From: Chrysomallon squamiferum
Taxonomy: Eukaryota > Animalia > Mollusca
Reading direction: 5' to 3'
DNA: 64,000 bases
Assembly: GCA_012295275.1 (NCBI GenBank)
Contig: CM022677.1
Coordinates: 19,778,001 to 19,842,000, forward strand
Of this stretch, positions 1 through 18,797 are shown piece by piece. Numbering within the stretch: the stretch's first letter is position 1; every line of letters begins with the position of its first letter. The notes below the pieces were generated by a model. That model searched no databases. It saw only the letters and a list, made by a program, of their open reading frames with translations, and was not told the DNA's origin. A program made the position numbers and the translations under genes.

Positions 1-241
1 ATTAATGTACAATGATAGCAGCTATGACGTCACCAACATCAACGTTACGTCTAAAAATGATTAATGTACAACATGGGTTACGTCTAAAATTAACGTATAG
101 CAGCTATGACAACACCAACATCAACGTTACGTCTAAAATTAATGTACAATGATAGCAGCTATAACAACACCAACATCAACGTTACGTCTAAAATTAATGT
201 ACAATGATAGCAGCTATGACAACACCAACATCAACGTTACG
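1..241. repeat. ~55-bp tandem repeat (aattaatgtacaatgatagcagctatgacaacaccaacatcaacgttacgtctaa) in intron 3 of copy A
   Basis: About 4 imperfect copies; related aacatcaacgtaacgtctaa-type repeats occur in intron 3 of copies C, D and E. Confidence 0.8.
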
Positions 242-368
242 TACAGTGACGGCAACGGTGACAAAATCAACATCAAGGAAACGTGTGCAAATTTTGGCAT
301 CAATTTTTTTTTTTTTTTTTCGATTTAGCAACGTGACAAAATCAGACATAACCACGATTTAGACTTAC

Positions 369-1051
369 CATATTTAACCATGTGATCCGCTGGCAGTGTC
401 CGGCCCACTTTTTGACCCCATATCTGGTGACGCACGGTTTCCACGTCTTTCTCTCGTACTCACCGCACACCATTTTGTGATCGGAGTCACCGGACACAGG
501 ACACACCGAAATTTCGTTTTCGGATTGGATCACCTCACAGTCTGTAAGAAACGAACGTACACCATGTGTATTTGTTTGTTTGTTTGTTTGTTTGTTTGTT
601 TGTTTGTTTGTTTCTTTATTTGTTTGTGTGTTTGTTTATTTGTTTGTTTGTTTGTGTATTTCTTTGTTTCTTGATTTGTTTGTTTGTTTGTTTATTTGTT
701 TGTGTGTTTCTTTGTTTCTTTGTTTCTTTGTGTGTTTGTTTATTTGTTTGTGTGTTTCTTTGTTTTTATTTGTTTGTTTATTTATGTGTTTAGTTATTTA
801 TTTGTTTATTTATTTATTCGTTTATTTATTTAGTATTTGTTTATTTATTTATGTGTTTGTCTGTCTGTTTGTTTGTTTATTTATTTTTTATTTTTTTTAG
901 TGTTTGTTTGTTTGTTGCTTTGTTTGCTTATTTATTTGTTTATTTATTCATTCATTCCATCACTTCATATGGTAATAATTATAATAATAATAATAACAGT
1001 AATAGTAGTAACAGTAATAAAAGTTGGAGAACACTAATAATGATGATAATG

Positions 1052-1147
<96 letters not shown>

Positions 1148-1825
1148 CGTGCCTTCAATTCCATACATAGTGACGGACAGTTGCAATATTACTATGGCAA
1201 CCAACTGACAATACAGTGCCTGTAACAAAAATTATGATCACAGTGCTGTCAGAGGCAATTTGTAATCGACAACGTCACAAAATAATCAATAGGAGCATTG
1301 ATGATAATGCTGATATTAATAATATATATAAAAAAGTAATAGTAATAGTAGTGATAATTTTAATAATAGAAATTACAGTAGCAATAGTAACAATGCAAGC
1401 AATAGAAATGCAATAGTAGTAGTAGTTGTAGTAGTACTGGCAGAGTAATAGTATCAGTTGTAGTAGTAGTACTAGCAGAGCAGTGGTAGTTGTAGTAGTA
1501 TGAATAGTAGAAAGAGAATAGTAGTGTTAGTAATAATCAGAGTTGTGAAGTGGTTACAGGATAGTTGTAGTAATTGTAGTAATAGTAGTAGTAGTAGTAG
1601 TAATAGTAGTAGTAGTAATAGTAGTAGTAGTAATAGTAGTAGTAGTAGTAATTGCTGCAGAAACAATGGTAGAAATATAAACTGACAGAAATAATTTAAG
1701 TAATAAACAAAAATGTATACGATATTCAGGTTAAGACAAGAAGAGAGACATCAGCAAAGGAAGAGACAAAGAAATATAAATATTCAAGTGATCAATGAAC
1801 GATGTTCTTTTATGTTTACCTTCAT
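369..1825 (-). CDS. Secreted Cys-module + galectin-like family, copy A (5' part; exons 1-3 at 1825-1820, 1219-1153, 541-369; remainder beyond left edge)
   Basis: ATGAAG|gtaaac; cag|ALYCQLVAIVILQLSVTMYGIE-G|gcacgt (signal-peptide-like, GC donor); cag|DCEVIQSENEISVCPVSGDSDHKMVCGEYERKTWKPCVTRYGVKKWAGHCQRITWLNM|gtaagt. Exon sizes 6/67/173 and phases equal those of copies B and E. Confidence 0.8.
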
Positions 1826-2439
1826 TGCTGTTGTGATTTGTGTGCTGAACGAGTAGGCGAATGCAGAATCTTGAAATGCACGTAGTAGAAATCAGCCTGG
1901 TATTAATACACCGCAACTCCTCCCTAATCAAGCAATGCTATTAAATAATATAAAATTTAAAAAAAATAAAATAAAAAAAATAAAAATAAATAAATTACAT
2001 ATAAAAAGTAAAGTGACTTCGCATTTGCGACGATGAACAGATAATTAATAATCAAAAACGAGAAAAATTTCATCTGATCTGTCAACAGCTGCACAAGTTA
2101 ATATCCTCACAGTTTTACAACAACTACGTGTGCAGCCATGAAAATCAAATAAAAGTGATAGAATACATCAGAAGTATATGAAAATTCCCCCCCCCGCCTA
2201 AGTCCCCCGTCTCTCTCTCTCGGTCTCTGTCTCAGCTGATCCTTAATCAGTGACGATTATCAAGGTATCAGTCAGGTATATGCACATTTAATGATCAAGA
2301 ACGAGAAAAGTTTCATCTGATCTGTCAAACAGCTGAACAAATTAATATCCTCACAGTTTTACAACTACGTGTGCAGTAATGAAAATCAAATAAAGTTGAT
2401 ATAATATATCAGAAATATGTGATGTTACCCTTTACGCAC

Positions 2440-3140
2440 GTCTCTCTCACAACACACACACGTAGACTCAGATGCACATACACAACACACACACGTAGAA
2501 ACAGATACACATACACAACACACACATGTAGACACAGACACACATACACAACACACACACGTAGACACAGACACACATACACAACACACACACGTAGACA
2601 CACATATACACATACACAAGAGACACAGATACACATACACAACACACACATGTAGACACAGATACACATACACAACACACACACGTAGACACAGATATAC
2701 ATACACAACACACACACGTAGTCACACATACACATACACAACACACACACGTAGACACAGATACACATACACAACACACACACGTAGACACAGATACACA
2801 TACACAACACACACACGTAGACACACAGATGCACATACACAACACACACACGTAGAAACAGATACACATACACAACACACACACGTAGACACACAGATAC
2901 ACATACACAACACACACGTACACACACAGATACACATACACAACACACACACGTAGACACACAGATACACATACACAACACACACACGTAGACTCAGATG
3001 CACATACACAACACACACACGTAGACTCAGATGCACATACACAGCACACACACGTAGACACACAGAGACACATACACAACACACACACGTAGAAACAGAT
3101 AACATACACAACACACACACATAGACACACAGAGACACAT
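2440..3140. repeat. ~36-38-bp CA-rich minisatellite (acacacacgtagacacagatacacatacaca)
   Basis: About 18 visible tandem copies; source of the CVCV-type pseudo-ORFs. Confidence 0.9.
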
Positions 3141-3919
3141 ACATACTCATATCGCTACTCGTTCGCTGCTCTGGAAACGAACACATTTGCCAATGTTCAG
3201 TTAACACACTGTGATTAACAGATGCATCGTGACACAAATTATCACACAACAGTCTTGTGCAGAAGATATGAATTAAAGTGACACGGTAATCTCTGGCTAT
3301 TTCATCCAGAAACTTGCCTGTCTGTCAAACACAGGAGGATTTACATAACAGCGACCACATTTTAAACTTAATGGTAAATTTGTCGTTTGACTTCGGCTGT
3401 GCTTTTGCCCTAATCACGTGACCCCCGATTCCCTGAAATCTACGGAACATTGTAATTCTTCATAGGACCACCACACACAACATTTTATATGGCCTTTCAT
3501 GTGTGCATCCTTTTTCGCATTAAAACAATTAAATCTTTGTCTTTGATCACGCATTCTTACCGAATATCACCTTACTTTTTTTTTTTTTTTTTTTTTTTAA
3601 TTGTATATCACTCAGTCCGTAAGTTAAAATAAAAACTACAAGGTAATAAAACGATGATGCGGTGAAACATGAAACCGTTTAACACTTCACGTGTTGAACG
3701 TTCCGAGTCTGGAATTGAAATTAGGTTGTAGAGTTTCTACATCTTGAAATTAATGTGGTGTTAAGTTGTGTGCCTGAAACAATGGTATGTGCGTGACCGT
3801 CAGTTATATCCACAGAAGAATAAAAGAAGAGAATGAGAGAGTGTGAGACACAAACATATAGACAGAAAGAAACAGAAAGAAACTGCCTGATAGAGATTCA
3901 GACACAGATACAGACAAGA

Positions 3920-4565
3920 TGTGTGTGTGTCTCTACAGTATTGATGTGTGTCTCTACTGATGACTGTGTGTCTCTACAGTATTGATGACTGATGACCTCT
4001 ACAGTGATGACTCTCTACAGTATTGATGACTGAGTGTGTCTCTACAGTATTGATGACTGAGTGTGTCTCTACAGTATTGATGAGTGAGTGTGTCTCTACA
4101 GTATTGATGACTGTGTGTGTCTCTACAGTATTGATGAGTGAGTGTGTCTCTACAGTATTGATGACTGAGTGTGTCTCTACAGTATTGATGAGTGAGTGTG
4201 TCTCTACAGTATTGATGACTGAGTGTGTCTCTACAGTATTGATGACTGTGTGTGTCTCTACAGTATTGATGAGTGAGTGTGTCTCTACAGTATTGATGAC
4301 TGAGTGTGTCTCTACAGTATTGATGACTGAGTGTGTCTCTACAGTATTGATGACTGAGTGTGTCTCTACAGTATTGATGACTGTGTGTGTCTCTACAGTA
4401 TTGATGAGTGAGTGTGTCTCTACAGTATTGATGAGTGTGTCTCTACAGTATTGATGACTGTGTGTGTCTCTACAGTACTGATGACTGAGTGTGTCTCTAC
4501 AGTATTGATGACTGAGTGTGTCTCTATAGTATTGATGAGTGAGTGTGTCTCTACAGTATTGATGA
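3920..4565. repeat. 27-bp minisatellite (gtgtgtctctacagtattgatgactga)
   Basis: More than 20 tandem copies; gives the MTECVSTVL pseudo-ORF. Confidence 0.95.
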
Positions 4566-4833
4566 TTGTGTGAATCTCTGGAGTTATATCTGCTTTAGAT
4601 TTACGAGTTGTTTTCTTACCAGGATATGGTTAGGCTCGAAGAAGAAGTTGATGACGCTTGGATCATCAGTTTTGAAAGGAAATTTGTCACGGAAATGGAC
4701 AATTCTACGCACATCTCTATTTGGACTTTGAACTTGAGTGAAGAACAGGCTGCTAACAAACTTTCCTATGTCGTTTACATCGATTATAATAAATATAGAA
4801 ATACTAAACAGAAATAATAAGTAAATAAATAGA

Positions 4834-4892
<59 letters not shown>

Positions 4893-5005
4893 ACAAAGAT
4901 AAAAATAAAGGAAAGAATAAAAGTAAAAAAAAAATATATATATATATATTTATATAGATAAATGAAAAGTCAATAATAATGATAATTACATGTAAGGTGA
5001 TGGTG

Positions 5006-5559
5006 GTGGTATGTATCGTTCTGTTCTATGGTGCATAGTACAATTTCTTTGGTGCTGACACGAAAAATAATATAGACCAGGACGTGTCGACATTGGGATT
5101 TATAAAACATCTTGAATAACATGCGTCTGTGTATTTGTTAAGTGAACCATGGAATACGAATATACAACAGTAAGAACAATGTGTTTTATTCCTTCCTTCC
5201 AGGATGTTTCATCAAATATGTTTAGGTATTTAAGAGCTGTTTTCATTGTTACGTTGAAATGGAAATTATTCGTTCTAGTACATATCAATACAGACATATG
5301 GTAGAATAGCATTCTTCGATCAAGTAAATAATTGAATAAACCGAAATATATATATATATATATATATATCTTTTCTGAGTAAAAAATACAAGAATGAAGA
5401 AATATAATTTAGCCATTCAATTTAACATTGTAAGAGATTCTGCTGTTTGTTTTTTTTCCCCATTACTAAGTGAACTGAAGAAACAGAGAGAAAGCAGTTT
5501 CCCCGCAAACGACCCAGGTTTCGTTATATCCAAAAAGAAAAAAGAAAAAATTGCTTACC
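5006..5559 (-). repeat. Inverted near-identical copy of the 5' part of intron 5 of copy B (11831-12388)
   Basis: Reverse complement match from the donor GGTAAGCAATTTTTT to GATACATACCAC; ORFs 5100..5312(-) and 12070..12294(+) are nearly identical. Confidence 0.9.
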
Positions 5560-6413
5560 GTTACTGACTGTTTTTGATAACAAGTAATATGAAATCATGT
5601 TACCATAAATTTATTTGGTATAATGGTTGATAATACAAATGCGTTTCTATAAAGTTATTCTTGAATAGGATCTATTCAAAAGATATAGTACGCAATTGTT
5701 ATTGTCATGAAATTGATTCAATTTCAGTTTTAATGACGTCACCATATTTTACATATCGCCGCGTTACTTCATTATGACGTAGTTACGTAGTGTCGTTATG
5801 ATATTTTACAATACTGAAGCATGACGTTATGACGTATTAAATTTATTATGACGTAGTTACTTATATGTACGTATTCGTGACGTTACCATATTATTTTGTA
5901 AAATATCGCAGCGTTAATCTGTTATCGACAGTTACTGAAATGAACGGACTCGTAATTATATTTGTATGATACCGCAGTGTATCTGTGTTACAAACGAGCA
6001 AACCTTTTACATTTTTCCTGTGATAGAATAAGAAAGAGATACATACAGCTGTGTATGCAATATTTTATTTTACGATGTTATGAATATATGATGAATATGA
6101 TATAAAACTGAACTACCATCATAATTATGGATTATTCAGACGAGACCATGCAACATAAATGATTTTAATGACGTGTCGGTATGAATAAGCAAGAGATATT
6201 ACATACATGTTGTAAATGATCAGAGGAAAACCTTTTTTTTTTTTATTATTCTCGGTTATGAAATTTACGCATTAAAATCACATGTTATCTCGGTTTCTCA
6301 TTGGTTTAATAGTGAGTGAGTTGAAGTGTATTAATACCAGACTGATTTCTCTTTTACGTGGATTTCAAAATACTGCAGTCACCTACCCACTCAACATCAA
6401 AATGATATCAGCA

Positions 6414-6452
6414 ATGAAGGTAAAAATAATATGAATATTTATTTATCACTGT

Positions 6453-6532
<80 letters not shown>

Positions 6533-7643
6533 CTATATATATGTATGTATGGAAATTCACACTCATTCACACATACACGGTCGGACTCATGCACATACAT
6601 TAGGATATCCTATCACGTCTGGCACAATTACTATTATTACAATTACTGTGATTACTACTTTTATTACTATTACTGTGATTACTACTATCAGTATTATTAT
6701 AACTGTGATTACTACTTTTATTACTATTACTGTGATTACTACTTTTATTACTATAACTGTGATTACTACTATCATTATTACTATTACTGTGATTACTACT
6801 GTTATTACTAATACTGTGATTACTACTACTATAATTATTACTATAACTGTTATTACTACTTTTTTACTATAACTGTGATTACTGCTTTTATTACTATTAC
6901 TGTGATTACTTCTACAATTATTATTACTATTACTGTGATTACTACAACTACTATTATTACTACTTTTATTACTATTACTATAATTTCTACTTTTATTACT
7001 ATTACTGTGATTACTACTACTATTATTATTACTATTAATGTGATTACCACTATTATTATTACTATAACTGTGATTCTATTTTTATTACTATTACTGTGAT
7101 TACTACTACTATTATTATTACTATTAATGTGATTACCACTATTATTATTACTATAACTGTGATTCTATTTTTATTACTATTACTGTGAATACTACTTTTA
7201 TTTCTATTACTGTGATTACTTTTATTACTATTACTGTGATTACTATCATTATTACTATAACTGTGATTACTACTACTACTATTATTACTATTACTGTGAT
7301 TACTACTACTATTATTATTATTACTGTGATTACTACTACTATTATTATTACTTCTGTTATTAATGTATTTCTGTGTATCTCGAAAATCGTCTGGCGGAGA
7401 AAAGGGGGGGACTGACATATGGGTGGTTATCGCTGCTTCTCCGCTAAAGACAAGTCAGTATGGTTTATCTTTGACAAGTCTCGCCCAGCTGTATAACAGG
7501 CCTCTGTAGTAACTGAACAATAAGTTAGGTTTTACATGTATTTATGTCAGGCATTTTTCGAGTTCGCTGTACCATAAAAAAAGTACCAAACAGTCGTAAT
7601 ACGTAAAAAGTAGCAACCAGTCGTAATAAACAGGTAAAAAACA

Positions 7644-7689
<46 letters not shown>

Positions 7690-10397
7690 TACCAACCAGT
7701 CGTTAAGAACCCGGATCAATAAATTCTTCGACTCGGAAACTTTCGGACATGTTTGAATCAACCTCAGTCCGGGACCGAAAGTTCATCTGATGAACGAACA
7801 CGTGGCAGCTTTTCACAGCGAAGCACGCGAGGGTCCGCAAAGATTAGCTAAAACAATAATAGAGAATTATCTCTGGCGGAGAACCGGCCGATATCCATCC
7901 GATATACATCCGATATACATCCGATATACACCCGATATCCATCCGATATTCATCCGATATCCATCCGATATCCATCCGAATCTACGTCTGAGCTTTTCCG
8001 TGCCAGATCAATTATTGCTTCTGTTTCTTCTGCTAGTATCACCAAAGCTACAAGAACATAGAAATGTTATCAATACCACTACCATTCATACTACTACTAC
8101 TACTACTATTACTACTACTACTACTACTACTGCTGCTGCTGCTCTGCTGCTACTACTACTAGCACCACCACCATAATACAACAGCTATTATTCCTATCTT
8201 CCTGTCATCATTATCAGCAGCAGCGACAACAGCATTGTCATCATTACAGTGGAGATCATTATGAATATCTGTGTTGTCATCGATGCTGTTGTCCCTGCTT
8301 TTCTTGATGTTGATTATTTTGTGACGTTGTCGATAACAAACTACATCAGTGTCAATGTTGTCATCATTTCAGATAATCTACGTTCAGTTTGTTGCCATGG
8401 TAATACTGCAATTCTCCTTCACACTTTACGGATATCAAGGGAAGTATTCTTCTTATTATTGTTGTTGTTGCTGTCGTCGTCGTCGTTGTTGTTCTTTTTC
8501 TTGTTGTTACTGTCGTTCTTAGCATTGTCTTTATTTATTTATTTTGGTTATCATTATTGCTGATATTATCATTATTATCGTTATTGTTGTTGTTGTTGTC
8601 GTTCCTGTTTTTCTTTTTCCTTCTGTCACTGTTATATTTTGTTCTCATTATCATTATTGCTGATATTAGTATTATTATTATTATAAGTAGTAGTAATAGC
8701 AGTAGTAGCAGCAGTATAAATAAATACATAAATCAATAAAATAATTAAAATAAACAAATAAATAAATAAATAAATAGATAAATAAATAAATAAAATATAT
8801 AAAATAAAATAAAATAAAACAAAATAAATTAAAATAAAAAAAAATAAAATAAAATAAAATAAAATAAAAAAAACAAATTAAAATAAAATAAAATAAAATA
8901 AAATAAAACAAAACAAAACAAAATAAAACAAAACAAAACAAAACAAAACAAACAAACAAACAAATAACAAATAAAATTTTTTTTTTTTTTTTTTTGTATT
9001 TCTCGAACACACAGGTTGTAAAGATCTAAAGAGTAAAGGATTCAAAATCGTCGATCCCTGGGAACGAAATGCTGACTTCACCCTAGCATGTCCAGAGCAT
9101 CACAAGGCGGCTTGGAGGCGGTGTGAAGTTTCGGGCCGTCCCCACAACAAGGCTGGGAATTGTGAACGTGTACACTGGGACAATCAGGTACGTGCTGCAA
9201 AAAATGACCACGTCGTTGACGTAGGTGCTGCTACAGTCGGTACGGTCGGTTCTACACCATTTAAGACGTGTGTCGTCGTTGATGACGTTATTGTGATTGT
9301 TAATGTCTGATGCCTGCTGATAATTATGTTCCTCGTTAAGACGTTGATGCTGTAGATGTTGCTGCTCATAACGTTGATGCTGTTATCGTTACATGTGGTG
9401 TATTTCTGGTGCATGCTTCTAATTATGTTTTTTCCTTCTGACGTGTAGCTGCTGATGATGTAGTAACTATTGCCAAGCATAGCGTTAATTGATGACGGTG
9501 TTGCTGTTGATGATGTAACTGTTTCTAGGAATAACGCTGTCGATGGCGTTGTTAAAGTGTTGTGTATTTCTAGTTTGTGTTGTCAGTGTGATTTTGACGT
9601 GTCGCTGATGATGCTATAATTATTGCTGTCAGTGAACGTTCAAACAATATAACGTAGTTGATGACGTATCTTTCTGACATGCTTTACTAATGATACTTAT
9701 AATAATGACATATTGTTGGTGCTGTTGTTGTTGTTGCTATCAGTGCAAGTTTAGATAATATTACCGAATATACTTATTGCATATAGAGTTAACCTCGCTT
9801 AAGTTGTCTGCGTTGAAGTCGTCAAAGTACGAAGGTCGTCACCGTAGCCAAAGTCCCGATTTTTACTCTAACGTTCTTTGCCTGCCCAAGTCGTCAAAAC
9901 ACCTAAGTCGTAACGTGACGCTTGGTCCCAAGTAACACAAACCGCAGTTAACATATATATATATATATATATATATAAAAACTCTAAAATGTCAGTAGGA
10001 TATCTCTCGGCAAACAAATGTTGTTTGCATACACAGACACGATTATTTCCAGGAAAAAAACCAATAAAGTGTTTCTAGGAAACAGTCTCGCACAATTTAC
10101 CTGCTGTTTCAGTTTGTTAGCTTGCTGTGCGTTGTGCGTTGGGCGTTGGGATATCGATATGCACGTGATTTGATTCGCGCATGTGTGCGTTGAATTAAAA
10201 TATTATTTTGGAAAGCTGCGCTAATGATAATGACTTTTTTTTAGTGTACAAAATTGTGACTAGCAGAAAGAAACTGCTAATAAACAGCACGTACAAGAGG
10301 AAGTATGGAATATGTAGTCATTTTTATTTTCTTTTTTTTTTTTGTTCTGGTCATTCTTCTTCTTCTTCTTCTTCTTCTGATTATTATTATGATGATG

Positions 10398-10460
<63 letters not shown>

Positions 10461-10472
10461 TACTGATTATTG

Positions 10473-10535
<63 letters not shown>

Positions 10536-12444
10536 GTTATGGTTATTATACATGAATATAACAATATAAATACAACATACAACATCTGTATAATACATGA
10601 ATGTAAGTATAATATACAGAGATGTTTGATTCAAGAAGTTGTGTCACGTCTAGCTTCTGAAGAAAACCAAAGTGAACTTTGTTTTTCCTCGTTAACCCAT
10701 GGAAGCCATTCTTGTGATACAAGAATATTTTAGTAATTAATAAAAATGAAAATAAATAAATAAACAAACGCTTTGTTGTCCGTACACTCACAAACATTTA
10801 AAAGTGCCATCTAGCGGACACTTTTCGAGTTTTTGTTCCGCATCCAGAAACTCCTAGGTCCCTCAAATCAACGATCAGCTGTAATTTTAAAAAGTATATC
10901 TTTATTATTGTTGTTGTTTTTGTTGTTACTATCATTATTATTATTATTGTTATGATTATTATTATTATTATTATTATTATTGTTGTTGTTGTTGTTGTTG
11001 TTGTTATCATTGTTATAGTTGTTGTTTTTGTTGTTTTTGTTACTATTATTATTATTATTATTGTTGTTGTTGTTGTAGTTGTTGTAGTTGTTGTTTTTGT
11101 TACTATTATTATTATTGTTGTTGTTGTAGTTGTTGTTGTTGTTTTTGTTACTATTATTATTATTATTATTGTTGTTATTGTTGTTTGTGTTACTATTATT
11201 ATTATTATTGTTGTTGTTGTTGTTGTTGTTTTTGTTACTATTATTATTATTTTAGACAGGACCGGTTGAATTGCATTTACCAGAGTCACTGTTCTGTGTA
11301 CTGACAATTAAGACCGGACTGCTCCTATCTTCGATAAACGGGTATGTTTTTGTTAGTGTTGTCGTTGTTGTTGCAGTTGTCTTTCTCTTTCTTGTTGTCA
11401 TCGTTGTTGTAGTTGTCATTGTTGTTGGTGTTATCATCATCATCATCATCATCATTATTGTTGTTCTTGCTGTCAATTATCATCATCATCGTCGTCATCG
11501 CTATTATTATTGTTATTATCATCAACATCGTCATCATTATTGTTACTATTATTATTATTATTATTATTGTTATCATCAACATCATCATCATCATCATCAT
11601 CATCAGTATTATTATTATTATCCTTACAGAGCGACGGCAAGAGTCACGTGTAACCAGGGTTCATTTTTCCTGATGAAATTCAGCGAGGATGAAGGACAAA
11701 TTTCGCTGCAATTTACCATCTACCGTTTTGGAGTGTTCATTGACAGAAAGCCTATTCACAAAACTCCATTCCCATTTAAACGGGACCAGCTGAAAGAATT
11801 CGTCTTCCGTTTCGAGTATGAGAATATAGTGGTAAGCAATTTTTTTTTCTTTTTGGATATAACGAAAACCTGGGTCGTCTGCAGGGGAACACTGCTTTCT
11901 CTCTGTTTCTTCAGTTCACTTATTAATGGGGGAAAAATAAAAAAAAAGAATCTCTTACAATGTTAAATCAAATGGCTAAATTATATTTCTTCATTCTTGT
12001 ATTTTTTTACTCAGAAAAGACATATATATATATATATATATATATATTTCGATTTATTCAGTTATTTACTTGATCGTAAGAACGCTATTCTACCATATGT
12101 CTGTATTGATATGTACTAGAACGAACGATTTCCATTTGAACGTAACAATGAAAACAGCTCTTAAATACCTAAACATATTTAATGAAACATCCTGGAAGGA
12201 AGGAATAAAACACATTGTTCTTACTGTTGTATATTCGTATTCCATGGTTCACTTAACAAATACACAGACGCATCTTATTCAAGATGTTTTATGAATCCCA
12301 ATGTCGACACGTCCTGGTCTATATTATTTTTCGTGTCAGCACCAAAGAAATTGTACCATGCACCATACAACAGAACGATACATACCACAACCTTTGTTAA
12401 CAACATACGTTAATGTGTGTATGAATGGATGTATACAGTATGGA

Positions 12445-12488
<44 letters not shown>

Positions 12489-12740
12489 AATGGATGTACA
12501 CAGTATGGATGTGATTGTGTGTGTGTATGTGTATGTGTGTGTGTGTATGATATGTGTGAGTGTGTATGGTTGGATTAATAAATATCTCTGTCCGTATAAA
12601 TGGCTATGTGTATGTATATGTCTATATATGCATTCATATATATATGTCTGTCTGTGTGTCTGTCTATCTTTGTACCTCTCTATTTCTCAGTCTAATCTAT
12701 CTCTATAGGTATCTATATATCAGTCTATCTACCTATCTAG

Positions 12741-12782
<42 letters not shown>

Positions 12783-12994
12783 ATCCTTCTATGTATATAT
12801 CTGCTTATCTATAATTTACCTATTTATCTCTTTATGTGTATATTTATCTATCTATGGAACAGGTTGAGTGCAATGGTACTGAAGTGGTGAGGATGACAAA
12901 CGTGCTTAGACTGAATCACGTGGAAGTATTTACAGCCACTAAACATTTCTATATAAAGTATTTTGATCTTTATTGGAAGAACGAGTCAAAATAA
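6414..12994 (+). CDS. Secreted Cys-module + galectin-like family, copy B (~221 aa; exons 6414-6419, 8373-8439, 9015-9187, 11256-11341, 11630-11831, 12863-12994)
   Basis: Exons join in frame: MK-IIYVQFVAMVILQFSFTLYGYQ-GCKDLKSKGFKIVDPWERNADFTLACPEHHKAAWRRCEVSGRPHNKAGNCERVHWDNQ-TGPVELHLPESLFCVLTIKTGLLLSSIN-GATARVTCNQGSFFLMKFSEDEGQISLQFTIYRFGVFIDRKPIHKTPFPFKRDQLKEFVFRFEYENIV-VECNGTEVVRMTNVLRLNHVEVFTATKHFYIKYFDLYWKNESK*. All splice sites canonical except the intron-2 donor (GGAAGT). Confidence 0.75.
6625..7355. repeat. Degenerate (tat/tac)-based minisatellite (attactattactgtgattact) in intron 1 of copy B
   Basis: Repeated ctgtgattact cores embedded in trinucleotide tracts. Confidence 0.85.
7888..7980. 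repeat. 11-bp tandem repeat (ccgatatccat) x8
   Basis: Directly visible tandem array. Confidence 0.85.
9783..10312 (+). mobile_element. Truncated Tigger/pogo-like DNA transposon remnant in intron 3 of copy B
   Basis: Colinear with 58630-59270 (agagttaacctcgctta... end, ...gtgtacaaaat.gactagc.gaaaga... transposase start), more decayed and cut off by microsatellite. Confidence 0.65.
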
Positions 12995-14687
12995 AGACCG
13001 ATTGTCCCACCAGCTTGTGTTTTCTGCTTTGTTTTCTGTGTGTTGTTGTGTTTTTTCCACGTATGTTTGTTACTTCAAACGAGAAACAGATCCTAAGCAC
13101 TAAAAAAAAAAAAAAAAAAATTTTTTAATAAAACTCAGAATGGACTGTATCAATGCCAAAACTATTGATTTCACCACCACAGATGGTGGCCAGATTTACC
13201 CCACGCATGAGGACCAGAATAGCCCCGAGTGGTGAAGTAAAATAAAATATACACTACTTTCCTAATTACCAGACATTAATCAAGCTTCTTCTGCTGAACT
13301 TAATAATTGATAATATGTTTACCTGTTGTAAGCTATCACTAACCTTATGTCTATAGGACTAAACAAATAACACTCACTTTTGAAACCTCAAAATGCACTT
13401 TTTTTTTTTACAACCTTGTTGTTTTCACTACTTTCATGGCCACTATACTTCACGTCTAAATGGCTGATTACCTACATCCTTTGTTCTAATGAGAGATAGG
13501 AAGGTTCTGTTTATAACAACAAAGTTCCAGAAGCCTGCACAGAACTGTATAGTGGCTGAAAGTCATAAAATACCTTAGGGGCCAGAAATGCCCCGAGGCC
13601 AGGCTTACCCCACCCTTTCACTACAGGTATGAATTCTGTATGCCTATGTCTGTCAGTCTCCCTGTGTGTACCTATGTCAGTGTGCCCATGTCTGTCTGTC
13701 ACTCTCTGTATCTATGTATGCACGTCTCCCTCTACTTCTGTCTGTCTGTGATAATCAGACATACATAAGACAACAGAATATTCATTCCTAAATATATACC
13801 TATGTATAACCAGTGGTACGTGTCTTCTAAGGACACCAGTGATACGTGTCTTCTAGGGACACCAGTGATACGTGTCTTCTAGGGACACCAGAAGACATGG
13901 ACCACTGGTGTCCGTATCAAAGAAGTACGACTGGAATCAGAATGAAACTAAACTTGAGAATCTTTCGTTTTTATAGTTTTTTCATTTTTGTTTATTAATT
14001 AATTAATTAATTAATTAATTTATTTATTTATTTATTTATTATTTATTTATTAATTTATTTGTTTGTTTATTTATTTATTATATATAGTAAAAACTATTGC
14101 TAAGGCTTCTGTACAGTCATGAAAAATAACTATAAACAAAAACAACAAATGATGGAAATCATTTAAATGTTCATACTCGAAAACTGTCAACAGTGAGAGC
14201 AGTACAGTCACGACACCATCCCCAAAACCTCACGTAGATCCACCCCTCGTTTAGTTGTTGTTTACGTTGATGTTGGTGTAGTTACTGATGCCTTCACTGG
14301 ACATAATTTTCGAAATTAACTTGCTGCAACTGTTGTTTGACAGATCATATTATTATTTTTTTTTTTTTTTGCTTTCGTCCTCGGAAATCAGACATCACTT
14401 TACCTTTTATTTACTTTTTATTTTTAATGTTTATTCATTATATATATATATATATTTATTTATTTATTTATTTTAAATTTTTTTATTTATTTATATATTT
14501 TTTTTACCTCTTTCTATTTTCATTTATTTAAATATGTGTTGTGTTTATTTTTTTATTCTTTTATTGCTTTCCTGCCATTGGTTGATAAAGCACATGCTGA
14601 ACTCCATTAATAGCAGACTGATTTCTGTAACGTGGATTTCAGAATACTGCAGTCACACATCAGCTCAACACCAAAAGTAAATCAGAT

Positions 14688-18797
<4,110 letters not shown>

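Noticed and set aside
7380-8040. GC-richer island in intron 1 of copy B (and 57210-57400 in F) as an exon or ncRNA
   Set aside because: Not shared between B and F, no recognisable peptide, tRNA fold or termini; probably unclassified repeat fragments.
12070-12294. Duplicated ORF LFYHMSVLICTRTN... (also 5100..5312)
   Set aside because: Lies inside intron 5 of B and its inverted copy; the homologous region in F is disrupted by insertions and a triplication.
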